From positions 23,630-87,629 of the forward strand of contig CAMFJD010000005.1 in the NCBI GenBank assembly GCA_945956935.1: a stretch of 64,000 nucleotides of DNA. Direction: 5' to 3'. This stretch comes from an uncultured Bacillota bacterium (GTDB lineage: Bacteria > Bacillota_I > Bacilli_A > Culicoidibacterales > ZOR0006). The translations under genes and the position numbers were made by a program. This document shows, piece after piece, positions 28,360-37,443 of this stretch. Positions within the stretch are counted from its first letter, which is position 1. Every line of letters begins with the position of its first letter. The notes under the pieces are model-generated. The model searched no databases, was not told the origin of the DNA, and saw nothing but the letters and a program-made list of their open reading frames with translations.

Positions 28360-29241
28360 ATGCATATTTGTTTTGATATTGGTGGTAGTTCAATCAAAAT
28401 GGCAATCATTACACCAGAAAATGAGTTTTTATTAAAAAAAACAGTGCCGGTAGTTGATAATATTCAAGTAATATACCAGATAATGAATGTATTTGTTGAT
28501 GAAGCAAAAACTGCTTTCCCAACTGAAGCGTTTGTCGGAATTGCAATTTCAGCACCGGGTGCAGTTGATACAAAAACAGGAGTAATTGGTGGTGCTTCTG
28601 CACTTGAATCAATTCATGGTCCGAATTTTAAAAGTGATTTATTTGAATTAACACATTTACCGGTCGCAATTGAAAATGATGCAAACTGTGCTGCTTTGGC
28701 AGAACTTTACTATGGTGCTGCAAAAGGGTGTCAAGACATTTGTACGATGGTTATTGGAAGTGGCGTTGGTGGCACAATTGTGAAGTCACAGAAAGTCCAT
28801 CATGGACATAATTTACATGGTGGAGAATTTGGGTATATGCTTGTACATACTGGAGAAGATGGGATTCAATCATTAAGTAATGTTGGATCAACGCGCGCAC
28901 TTGTAGAACATGCTCAAAAAATTGATGCAACGATTGAGAATGGTGAACAAGTATTTGAACTTGCGAAAACAGATGAACGATTTCAAGCAGTGGTTGATTC
29001 ATTTTATTTTTATGTTGCACTAGGTGCAATTAATGTACAGTATACATATGATCCTGAATGTATCGTTTTTGGTGGAGCTGTGTCAAAACAAGCAGATTTT
29101 ATTCAACGAGTTCAAGAACAAATCCAAGCAATTATTAAACGTCCGGGTATGAGTCACACGATTGTACCGACGTGTGTTACTTGCCATTTCTATAATGATG
29201 CTAATTTACTTGGAGCAAAAGTAAATTTTTCACAACAATAA
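28360..29241 (+). CDS. ROK-family sugar kinase, BglK (beta-glucoside kinase)-like
   Basis: FDIGGSSIK, ENDANCAALAE, GSGVGG and GEFGYM; lacks the CxCGxxGC zinc motif. Confidence 0.85.
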   Translation: MHICFDIGGSSIKMAIITPENEFLLKKTVPVVDNIQVIYQIMNVFVDEAKTAFPTEAFVGIAISAPGAVDTKTGVIGGASALESIHGPNFKSDLFELTHLPVAIENDANCAALAELYYGAAKGCQDICTMVIGSGVGGTIVKSQKVHHGHNLHGGEFGYMLVHTGEDGIQSLSNVGSTRALVEHAQKIDATIENGEQVFELAKTDERFQAVVDSFYFYVALGAINVQYTYDPECIVFGGAVSKQADFIQRVQEQIQAIIKRPGMSHTIVPTCVTCHFYNDANLLGAKVNFSQQ

Positions 29242-29254
29242 TTGCTAGTACATG

Positions 29255-29287
29255 AGTAAAGATGGGAAACTGTCTTTACTTTTTTTT
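29255..29287 (+). terminator. Intrinsic terminator ending the ABC/GH113 operon
   Basis: AGTAAAGATGG-GAAA-CTGTCTTTACT stem with GNRA loop and a long T tract. Confidence 0.85.
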
Positions 29288-29422
29288 ATATAACAGCGTA
29301 GGTGACTGTGTCTGTTTTGGATGCTAGTGTAGCAGTTAACATAAAATATGAAATGTAGTTGCTATTTATTAATATATTCAGATATACTAATGAGTATCAG
29401 ATAAATGTGAGGAGTTCTTCAA

Positions 29423-30136
29423 ATGTTGAAAATAGCGATTTGCGATGATGAAGTGATTTTTATTGATATGTATAAGAAAGTAATCAAAAAAATTCAAGAT
29501 GAGCATCAATACAACTTAGATATACATACGTATCGCTGTGGTGAGGATCTCATCGATGATATGATTATTCATGAAAAACAGTTTGATCTTATTTTTTTAG
29601 ATATCGTTATGGGAACATTGAATGGTATTGAAACAGCAAGAGAAATTAGAAAAATGTCTCAAATGGTACCAATTGTATTTTTAACAAGTAGCAAAGAATA
29701 TGCATTAGATAGTTATGAAATACGTGCATTTAATTATATTATGAAAAATTCATCACAATTAGAAGCACAGATGCTTGAGGCTATCGTTGCTTGTTGTCAA
29801 AAAAAAGTGACATATATTACGATACAAAATAAATTCATAATTGAAAAAATTGACGTAAACGATATTGTGTATATAGAATCGAATAGACGTAAAATTATTG
29901 TTAAAACAAAAAGTGATATGTATGAAACATATGAGAAATTAGATACTATTTTCGCAAAATTATCACCATTTGGCTTTGTTCGAACACATCGAAGTTATAT
30001 TGTGAATTTGGCATATATTCAAAAAATTACTCCAAAAGAAATTATGACAATATTTGGAGATAGTGTAATTGTTAGTCGGAGTAATGCGGATAGTGTCAAA
30101 ATGAAATTTATGGAATACTTACAGCAACTAAAATAA
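29423..30136 (+). CDS. LytTR-family response regulator
   Basis: ICDDE, FLDIVM (phospho-Asp), NGIETA, YIMK; LytTR domain YIES..RK...FVRTHRSYIVNL. Confidence 0.93.
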   Translation: MLKIAICDDEVIFIDMYKKVIKKIQDEHQYNLDIHTYRCGEDLIDDMIIHEKQFDLIFLDIVMGTLNGIETAREIRKMSQMVPIVFLTSSKEYALDSYEIRAFNYIMKNSSQLEAQMLEAIVACCQKKVTYITIQNKFIIEKIDVNDIVYIESNRRKIIVKTKSDMYETYEKLDTIFAKLSPFGFVRTHRSYIVNLAYIQKITPKEIMTIFGDSVIVSRSNADSVKMKFMEYLQQLK

Positions 30137-30155
30137 CTTGATGTGTAATTCAGTG

Positions 30156-30177
30156 AAAGGGTGAGAATCCCTTTTTT
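30156..30177 (+). terminator. Weak intrinsic terminator between the regulator and kinase genes
   Basis: AAAGGG-TGAGAAT-CCCTTT followed by a T run. Confidence 0.5.
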
Positions 30178-30317
30178 ATTTGCATTATTGATGATAAAAC
30201 ATAGGAAATAGTCAGTTTCTTATTATTTTAAAATGTATATCATCTATACTCGTAAAGATAGTTTATATTATAATAGGTAAACTAAAACTTTAGTTGTGAA
30301 GGAATGAGTGAGTAAAG

Positions 30318-32234
30318 ATGAATCGACTGTATGTAAGTATTACTATTGTTTTATGTTTGTTATTTGCTTTTTTACTAGATGGCAGTGAACGACAGCAGCA
30401 ATTTCAAATTTCATATGAAGAATATTTGAGCGATATAAGAACTCAGCATGCTGGTGATGAAATAGCGATTATTAACACGTTAACAGAAGAAATTAACAAT
30501 CCGGATAATAGTAATGAATTTATTGGGATAAATTTGCTTGCACGTCAAGAATGCTACTATTTATGGTCAGATACAGAAAATTTTTTTAAATACTTAAATC
30601 AAACAGAAAAGCATCTGGAAAAGTATGGAATGAATGAAGAACGGTTAGATTTATACTCTATGGTTTCAAGTCGTTATCTAGGTAATGAACAATACCAAGA
30701 GGCATATATTTTTATTGCCAAAGGTGAATATTTGGCAAAACAGTTATATGAAAAAAATTCAGATCCTGAAATGCTTTCGACATTAATCGCTATTAAATAT
30801 TTAAAAACGGTGACGGCTTTAGATATGGGATTAAAGCAACAAGCAGATAATGTGTTTGCTGAAGCAGAAATGTTGCGTCAGACGAGTAATATTCGAGACC
30901 GTGTCGATATTTTCAGTAATATAATAACATACTATCGCACCAAGAATGATATGGTGTCAGTAGAAGTATATACTGAAAAACTTATTGCCCTAATTGAAGA
31001 AGTAGACCCTAATTTAGAACGATATGGTGGAACGTATGTACAGACGAAAGTAATCCAAGCAGAGAGTTATTTAGCCTTAGACAAAATAGATGCAATGATG
31101 ACTATTGTTAATTGGTTAAAAACAGAGGAAGATTTAACATTCAAAACAAATTATCGTCGATATGAAATATATCAATTGTATGCGAAAATATATCGCTACT
31201 ATGGAATGTCTGAAGCGTATGTTGATTATTTAGAGAAGGCATATTATGAAATTAAGGATAGTAAAAAAAGTAGTGAAAAACTAAAAGTTGTTCAATTGAT
31301 AATTGCTGATTTAGAACAAAAAAATCAAACTGATAAATTGACACAATGGTATGAAATCGAGCGTGAGATGTATCGTCAAAAAGAGGATGTAGAAGATACG
31401 AGATATCTCTTAAATCAATTATTGGATACTGATTTACAGAATGCGAAATATCAGATTGAAATTTTAAATTTAGAAAAAAAACAATCTCAATATATTGCAA
31501 TTGCATTGCTATTACTGATTGCTATTGTTATTGGGTTGAGTATTATTGAGCGTCGACATAAACGTTTGCTAAAAGAAAATATTAATGTATTGAAACGAAA
31601 TCAAGTTATCAAAGAGCAATATTATGAAAATATTCGTCAAAATCATGCTGATATTCAAGCAATAAAACACGACATGAAAAATCATATGATTATTGTACAA
31701 CAATTGCTATTGTCAGGAGATAATCAGTCGTTACAAGAGTATATAAATACAATAACGAACAAACTCAATTATTCAGATGGAGACCTGTTAACGAATAATC
31801 AAATTGTCGATGCAATTGTTGGGAGTAAGCGTGATGTATGTGAACGAAAAGGAATTATATTTGAATGTCAAATCGAAATTCCAGAGAAACTTCCAATTGA
31901 TGAATTTGATGTATGTGTGATTTATGGGAATTTATTAGATAATGCAATTGAAGCATGCCAAGGTGATCAACAGAAAATGATTAATGGAATAATAAAGTTA
32001 AAAAATTTTGTGCGAGGTGATTATTTATTTTTATCGATAGAAAATACATATGATGGTGTGATTATCGAGCAAAATGGACAATTTATCACAAAAAAAAGCG
32101 ATAAACGCAATCATGGAATAGGGTTGAAAAGTGTACAAAGCACGATAGAGAAATATCAGGGTGATTATCGAGCATCATATACAGAAGAAATGTTTAGCGT
32201 TATGATTATGATTGATATTACAACAAGTTTATAA
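30318..32234 (+). CDS. GHKL (AgrC/VirS-like) sensor histidine kinase with a large helical-repeat extracytoplasmic domain
   Basis: N-terminal TM, about 370-aa helical region, second TM, H-box KHDMKNH, N-box GNLLDNAIEA, G-box HGIGLKSV. Confidence 0.88.
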   Translation: MNRLYVSITIVLCLLFAFLLDGSERQQQFQISYEEYLSDIRTQHAGDEIAIINTLTEEINNPDNSNEFIGINLLARQECYYLWSDTENFFKYLNQTEKHLEKYGMNEERLDLYSMVSSRYLGNEQYQEAYIFIAKGEYLAKQLYEKNSDPEMLSTLIAIKYLKTVTALDMGLKQQADNVFAEAEMLRQTSNIRDRVDIFSNIITYYRTKNDMVSVEVYTEKLIALIEEVDPNLERYGGTYVQTKVIQAESYLALDKIDAMMTIVNWLKTEEDLTFKTNYRRYEIYQLYAKIYRYYGMSEAYVDYLEKAYYEIKDSKKSSEKLKVVQLIIADLEQKNQTDKLTQWYEIEREMYRQKEDVEDTRYLLNQLLDTDLQNAKYQIEILNLEKKQSQYIAIALLLLIAIVIGLSIIERRHKRLLKENINVLKRNQVIKEQYYENIRQNHADIQAIKHDMKNHMIIVQQLLLSGDNQSLQEYINTITNKLNYSDGDLLTNNQIVDAIVGSKRDVCERKGIIFECQIEIPEKLPIDEFDVCVIYGNLLDNAIEACQGDQQKMINGIIKLKNFVRGDYLFLSIENTYDGVIIEQNGQFITKKSDKRNHGIGLKSVQSTIEKYQGDYRASYTEEMFSVMIMIDITTSL

Positions 32235-32239
32235 AAAGA

Positions 32240-32306
32240 CAATAAATGACAAAAAATAAACCGTTGGTGACATATATCTAAAGAAAATAGCGGAATATGC
32301 TATACT
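32240..32306 (+). promoter_or_regulatory. Promoter with 21-bp-spaced direct repeats (candidate LytTR site)
   Basis: TGACA at 32247 and 32268; extended TG-n-TATACT at 32301-32306; no consensus -35. Confidence 0.4.
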
Positions 32307-32377
32307 ATGTCTCTCAAAATGATACGCGATACTCTCGAGGAACGAATACTTTATGTACTAAGAAAGGTGATAAAAAA

Positions 32378-33562
32378 ATGGAACATACATTATTTAGCCA
32401 AATATTGGATCATCAAGATAATGGAATTATTATTATGACAACGGAACGTGAAATTGTCTATGTGAATCACCGAGTACAGAAAGTATTGGGAGATGGTGTG
32501 CATCAGGTGTTTGGTAAATATTTGAATTGTCAATGGGTTCATGTGGAATCTAGTTGCTGCGCGTCACTGTATCAGTGTCAAAAATGCGTCATTAACAAAG
32601 GAATACATTATGTACTAGAAACAAAAGGCTCTAAAAAATTGCATAATGTTCAGATTGATAAGAATAATTTGGAATTAGCTGTAACAATGAAAATTTCTTT
32701 ACTGAATGAATACATTCTTATAGAATTATCTGAATTTCAAGTTATCAATTTTAAAACAGAATTTTTGATTCGTTTAGCAGATAAATCTAACGATATTATG
32801 TTCTTTAAAGATGAAGAGTTGAAATATGTTTATGTTAACCAAACATATGCAAATTTTTATAATAAAGACAAAGAGTATCTTATTGGTAAAACGGATGAAG
32901 AGTTGATAAATGCTGGTTTGCTAAGTCGAGAACTATATGAACAATGTCGAATAGGTGATATCGAAGCATTAAAGTCTGGACATTATCATGATATTGAGGT
33001 GATGGGAGATCAATATTTTCGTGTGTCTAAAGAGAATATTGAGAATGGTGTACTTGGAATAGCTAGAAATATTACTGAGGAGATGAGTGCAATTCACCAA
33101 TCAGAAATCGATCAGCTGACTGGGGTATATAATCGCCACAAATTTGAACAGTCTATACGTACAATTTATGATGAACAGAACAGAAAATATGCTATTGCTG
33201 TAATAGATGTAGATGATTTAAGAGGATTAAACAATGAATATGGTCATTTAAAAGGTGATACCTATTTGAAAGCACTTGGGAAAATTTTCCAAGAGCAAAG
33301 ACATACAACGTTTTTTCGAATTGGTGGCGATGAGTTTGTTGGTCTTATTAATACAGACTGTATCGAACCTGATAAGGTGTTTAATTCAATAGTTAGTTCT
33401 TCATTATTATTAGGTTTTCAACCACAGTTAAGTGTTAGCGTAGGTGTGTCTCAATTTGATACAAATCTTTCATATGAGCAAAATTATGAATTAGCTGATC
33501 GGTTATTATATCAAGCTAAGTCTCAAGGAAAAAATGGTGTAATTATAGATATTAGTGACTAA
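32378..33562 (+). CDS. PAS-PAS-GGDEF diguanylate cyclase
   Basis: DQLTGVYNR, DVDDLRGLNNEYGHLKGD, RIGGDEF, SVGVS and ADRLLYQAKSQGKN; N-terminal PAS-like repeats; start after SD AAAGGTG. Confidence 0.9.
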   Translation: MEHTLFSQILDHQDNGIIIMTTEREIVYVNHRVQKVLGDGVHQVFGKYLNCQWVHVESSCCASLYQCQKCVINKGIHYVLETKGSKKLHNVQIDKNNLELAVTMKISLLNEYILIELSEFQVINFKTEFLIRLADKSNDIMFFKDEELKYVYVNQTYANFYNKDKEYLIGKTDEELINAGLLSRELYEQCRIGDIEALKSGHYHDIEVMGDQYFRVSKENIENGVLGIARNITEEMSAIHQSEIDQLTGVYNRHKFEQSIRTIYDEQNRKYAIAVIDVDDLRGLNNEYGHLKGDTYLKALGKIFQEQRHTTFFRIGGDEFVGLINTDCIEPDKVFNSIVSSSLLLGFQPQLSVSVGVSQFDTNLSYEQNYELADRLLYQAKSQGKNGVIIDISD

Positions 33563-33608
33563 AGTGACAATGCTATGCAACGAATGAGTGAATGAAGGAG
33601 AGAGATGT

Positions 33609-34832
33609 GTGAATAACTTATATCAAAATAGCAATAGGTATAAATTTATTGAAAAATTAAAAGAACGTACAGGTTATTATTTAGCGTGTATTGATATTGT
33701 AAATTTTAAAAATATAAATGAAAAACACTGTTTTTATAATGGAGATGTTATTCTATCACAGCTTATTAGTCGCATCGAATCATTGTCAAGTTTGAATTGT
33801 CCAGTTAGTGTGTGCCGTTATGAGAATGATATTATGATGATTATGATTGATACAACTTGTGAGCATACTGTATTTTCACTTCTTGATAAAATTGTGGAAC
33901 ATTCTTATAAATATGATGTTTCCTTTCGATGTGGATACAAGAAAATTGATACTTTCCAGAAAATTGAACATTTTTTAGAAAGTATTATCTATGTTATTAA
34001 ATACAAACGGTATATAGTCGAAAAAACGATTGATGAAACACATAAGTTAAATGAAGATATTGAAAAATATTTTGCAATTAAGCAAGATGTTATTATTAAT
34101 AATAAGGAAAATTTCCAATTGGTGTACCAACCAAAAATTGCTAATAAAGATAAATCAATTCATTCATGTGAAGTATTGAGTCGCTGGTGTCACCCAGAGA
34201 TAGGTCAAAGTATGCCGGATGAATTTTTGCCGATTATTAAACATGTTGATAAAGAGATTGAATTTGATCTAATTATTTTTGAAAAAGCGTGTCAAGAATT
34301 AAGTAATGAAGCGGCATTGACAGAAATATTTTCAATTAACATTTGTATTAAATCAATGTTATACGAGCAATTCGCAGCAAAAATTATTAAATATGTTGAA
34401 AAATATAATATGAATGCTGAAAATATAACTATCGAAATTTTAGAAGATATTTGTGAATATGATCAGGTAGAGTTGAGTAGAAATATTGAAATATTAAGTG
34501 AATACGGTTTTCGAATTTCAATTGATGATTTTGGAACGGGATATTCATCGTATTGTCGATTAGCTGCACTTGATTTTACCGAAGTGAAAATTCCACGAGA
34601 GTTTCTTTTATTAGACAATTATTTCTCAATAAAGAAAAATCGTCAGATATTATCGGGAATTGTAAGTATGTGTAAGGCACTCAATTGTAAAATTGTCATT
34701 GAGGGTGTTGAAACTCAAGAAAATGTACGACTGGCAGAAGACTTGGGAATTGATTATATTCAAGGGTATTACTATTCAAAACCATTGCCGAAAGAAGCGT
34801 ATATTCACTTTATTCAGAATTATACTGCATAA
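33609..34832 (+). CDS. EAL c-di-GMP phosphodiesterase with degenerate N-terminal GGDEF domain
   Basis: YQPKI, EVL, SINI, IEILE, DDFGTGYSS, EGVET and QGYYYSKP; GGDEF site reads YENDI; GTG start after AGGAG (alternative 33588). Confidence 0.88.
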   Translation: MNNLYQNSNRYKFIEKLKERTGYYLACIDIVNFKNINEKHCFYNGDVILSQLISRIESLSSLNCPVSVCRYENDIMMIMIDTTCEHTVFSLLDKIVEHSYKYDVSFRCGYKKIDTFQKIEHFLESIIYVIKYKRYIVEKTIDETHKLNEDIEKYFAIKQDVIINNKENFQLVYQPKIANKDKSIHSCEVLSRWCHPEIGQSMPDEFLPIIKHVDKEIEFDLIIFEKACQELSNEAALTEIFSINICIKSMLYEQFAAKIIKYVEKYNMNAENITIEILEDICEYDQVELSRNIEILSEYGFRISIDDFGTGYSSYCRLAALDFTEVKIPREFLLLDNYFSIKKNRQILSGIVSMCKALNCKIVIEGVETQENVRLAEDLGIDYIQGYYYSKPLPKEAYIHFIQNYTA

Positions 34833-34843
34833 TTAGTCCTATC

Positions 34844-34875
34844 AACCAATCATTAAAACGAATGATTGGTTTTTT
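34844..34875 (+). terminator. Intrinsic terminator
   Basis: AACCAATCATT-AAAACG-AATGATTGGTT followed by T's. Confidence 0.8.
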
Positions 34876-34901
34876 ATTATTTTGAAAAAATAAATATTTT
34901 A

Positions 34902-34962
34902 TTGCAAAAACGCTTTCTTAGTAATATAATGAAAGTGTAGATTATTTGTGTACACAAATAAT
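34902..34962 (+). promoter_or_regulatory. GH1 promoter with cre-like site and a perfect 22-bp palindrome
   Basis: TTGCAA, 17 nt, TATAAT (34925-34930); cre-like CAAAAACGCTTTCT in the spacer; ATTATTTGTGTACACAAATAAT at 34941-34962. Confidence 0.7.
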
Positions 34963-35008
34963 AATAAAGTACATAAATATAAAATAGTAACATAAAAGGA
35001 GAAAAAAG

Positions 35009-36406
35009 ATGAAAGTAACTTTTCCAGAAGGTTTTTTATGGGGAGCAGCAACAAGCGGTATTCAATCAGAAGGTGGATTTGAAAAGAGTAATCCGTCAAT
35101 TTGGGAATTATGGTATGACAAAGAACCAGAACGTTTTTATCAACAAATTCCATGTGATGTTGTGTGTGATACATACCATCGTTATGAAGAAGATGCACGT
35201 TTAATGGCTGAAATTGGAATGAATAGTTTCCGCACATCAATTCAATGGGGGCGTCTTATTAAAAATTTAGAGACAAATGAAGTCGATGAAAAAGCGGTAG
35301 AATTCTACAATAATTATATTGATGCTTTACTTGACCAAGGGGTTGAACCAATTTTAGGATTGTACCATTTTGATATGCCAGCAGTGCTGCAAGAAACATA
35401 TGGTGGATTTGAAAGTAAGGAAGTTGTAGAAAAATTTGCTCAATATGCGAAGATTTGTTTTGAGCTATTTGGCGATCGTGTGAAAAAATGGTCAACTTTT
35501 AATGAACCAATTGTACCAGTTGAAGGTGGTTACTTATATGATTTCCATTATCCAAATAAAAAGGATGCACGTTTAGCAGTACTCGTGTCATATAATACTA
35601 TTTTAGCACATGCTAAAGCAGTCCATGCATACCGTGAAGTTGGTTGTAGTGGTGAAATTGGTGTGGTATTAAATTTAACACCATCATATACGTGCGATGA
35701 TCAACCACAAAATAAATTAGCAGCGTATTATGCTGATTTATTTTTTAATCGTTCGTTCCTAGATCCAATGGTGAAAGGTGAATTCCCACAAGACTTAGTA
35801 GACATTTTAAAAGCAGCAAATGTTTTACCAACAACTACAGCAGAAGAAATGACAACAATTAAGACTGCAACAATTGACTTTATGGGTGTGAATTATTATG
35901 TACCACGTCGTGTTCGTGCACGGACAACAGTCTATGATTTAGATTATTTTACTCCTGAAATGTTTTTTGAGTATTATATTGAAGAGAATGCACGTTTCAA
36001 TCCATTCCGTGATAATAATGAAATTAAGCCAGTTGCAATTTATGATATTGCTCAGAATATTAAAGAAAATTATGGAAATATTAAATGGTATTTATCAGAA
36101 ATCGGTATCGCTATGGATGTTGTGAGTGAAGGAGCAGTTCAAGCAGATGGACTTATCGATGATTCATTCCGTATTGCATTGCTAGAAGAGCATTTAGTGG
36201 AGTTATCAAAAGCAATTAGTGAAGGTGCAAATTGCTTTGGCGTACACAACTGGACATTTATCGATTGTTGGTCGTGGATTAATTCATTTAAACGTCGGTA
36301 TGGGTTTTATCGCCTTGATTTAGAAACACAGGAACGTCAAATGAAAAAATCAGGTGTATGGCACCGCGAATTAGCGAAGAATAACGGATTTATCTACGAA
36401 GGATAA
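35009..36406 (+). CDS. gmuD: GH1 6-phospho-beta-glycosidase, GmuD-like
   Basis: TFNEP (acid/base), LSEIG (nucleophile), phosphate-site WSWINSFKRRY; NEPIVPVEGGYLYDFHYPN and FFNRSFLDP.VKGEFP recalled as B. subtilis GmuD-like. Confidence 0.85.
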   Translation: MKVTFPEGFLWGAATSGIQSEGGFEKSNPSIWELWYDKEPERFYQQIPCDVVCDTYHRYEEDARLMAEIGMNSFRTSIQWGRLIKNLETNEVDEKAVEFYNNYIDALLDQGVEPILGLYHFDMPAVLQETYGGFESKEVVEKFAQYAKICFELFGDRVKKWSTFNEPIVPVEGGYLYDFHYPNKKDARLAVLVSYNTILAHAKAVHAYREVGCSGEIGVVLNLTPSYTCDDQPQNKLAAYYADLFFNRSFLDPMVKGEFPQDLVDILKAANVLPTTTAEEMTTIKTATIDFMGVNYYVPRRVRARTTVYDLDYFTPEMFFEYYIEENARFNPFRDNNEIKPVAIYDIAQNIKENYGNIKWYLSEIGIAMDVVSEGAVQADGLIDDSFRIALLEEHLVELSKAISEGANCFGVHNWTFIDCWSWINSFKRRYGFYRLDLETQERQMKKSGVWHRELAKNNGFIYEG

Positions 36407-36480
36407 TGTTTTTAGCCACCACGCAGCTAGTCTATTAGAGTACGTGGTGGTTTTTATGTGATAAAAAGGAGTGAGAGCGA

Positions 36481-37392
36481 ATGGATTTTTATGTAGGAAT
36501 TGATATTGGTGGTACACAAACACGAATTGCGCTTGTTGATGGAAGTGGCAATATTCAAAAAGAAATGCGATTTGCAACAATAGCTAACGATGTGGAACAA
36601 CATGTAGAAATTATGGCAGTAAATTTGCAAACATTAACAAAAGGATATAATTATGCCAGTGTTGGTATTGCGAGTCCTGGTCCATTAAATGCGAAAACAG
36701 GTATTATTGGGACACCACCGAATTTACCAGGATGGCATGGATTCCCGTTAGTTGATGTTTTTTCAGCAATGATTCAAAAACCGGTAGTACTTGAAAATGA
36801 TGCGAACTTGGCAGCATTTGCTGAAGCGAGTGTTGGTGCTGGTGCTGGGGAAGCAATTGTTCAATTTTTTACTATTTCAACAGGTATTGGTGGTGGACTT
36901 GTCATAAACGGTAATCTATATACAGGTGCAAACGGTATGGGACTTGAGGTTGCAAATTGCATGTGTGATGAACAAAATACGATTGGTGGTAATACAAAAC
37001 ATGGAAGTGTAGAACGTATTTGTTCAGGGACAGGTATTTTGGCACAGGCACAAGAGTTAGGTTTAGCAGTGGCATCGACAAAAGATGTGTTTGAGCTTGC
37101 GTATAGTGAAGTGAAGGATATTGAGCAGCAAAAAGCTACACAATTAATTACATATGTAGGTGAGCAGTTTGGAAATTTTTTGGCATCAATTCAAGGAATT
37201 ATTGATCCAAGTGTGATTGTTCTAGGTGGTAGTGTTGCTTTATATAATCCAATGTTTGTAGAATTAGTATACACGCAAATGAAAGAACGTGTGTATGAAA
37301 GTGTCCAAGAGAGTTGTCATATACGTATTGCCAAATTGGGTGATGCTGCAGGTGTTATTGGTGCAGCTCTGTGGTCAAAAGCAAAATTATAG
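36481..37392 (+). CDS. ROK-family sugar kinase
   Basis: GIDIGGT, SPGP, ENDANLAAFAE and STGIGGG. Confidence 0.88.
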   Translation: MDFYVGIDIGGTQTRIALVDGSGNIQKEMRFATIANDVEQHVEIMAVNLQTLTKGYNYASVGIASPGPLNAKTGIIGTPPNLPGWHGFPLVDVFSAMIQKPVVLENDANLAAFAEASVGAGAGEAIVQFFTISTGIGGGLVINGNLYTGANGMGLEVANCMCDEQNTIGGNTKHGSVERICSGTGILAQAQELGLAVASTKDVFELAYSEVKDIEQQKATQLITYVGEQFGNFLASIQGIIDPSVIVLGGSVALYNPMFVELVYTQMKERVYESVQESCHIRIAKLGDAAGVIGAALWSKAKL

Positions 37393-37397
37393 CATTT

Positions 37398-37432
37398 AAA
37401 ATAGCGTTTTCACAAGAAAACGCTATTTTTTT
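37398..37432. terminator. Intrinsic terminator
   Basis: AAAATAGCGTTTTC-ACAA-GAAAACGCTATTTT perfect 14-bp stem plus T run. Confidence 0.8.
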
Positions 37433-37443
37433 GATTTTTTTAT

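Noticed and set aside
30260-30283. dif-like site (AGTTTATATTATAATAGGTAAACT)
   Set aside because: The right arm resembles the XerD half-site TTATGTAAACT (9/11), but the left arm does not match a XerC half-site. It overlaps the kinase -10 and is more simply an AT-rich promoter dyad.
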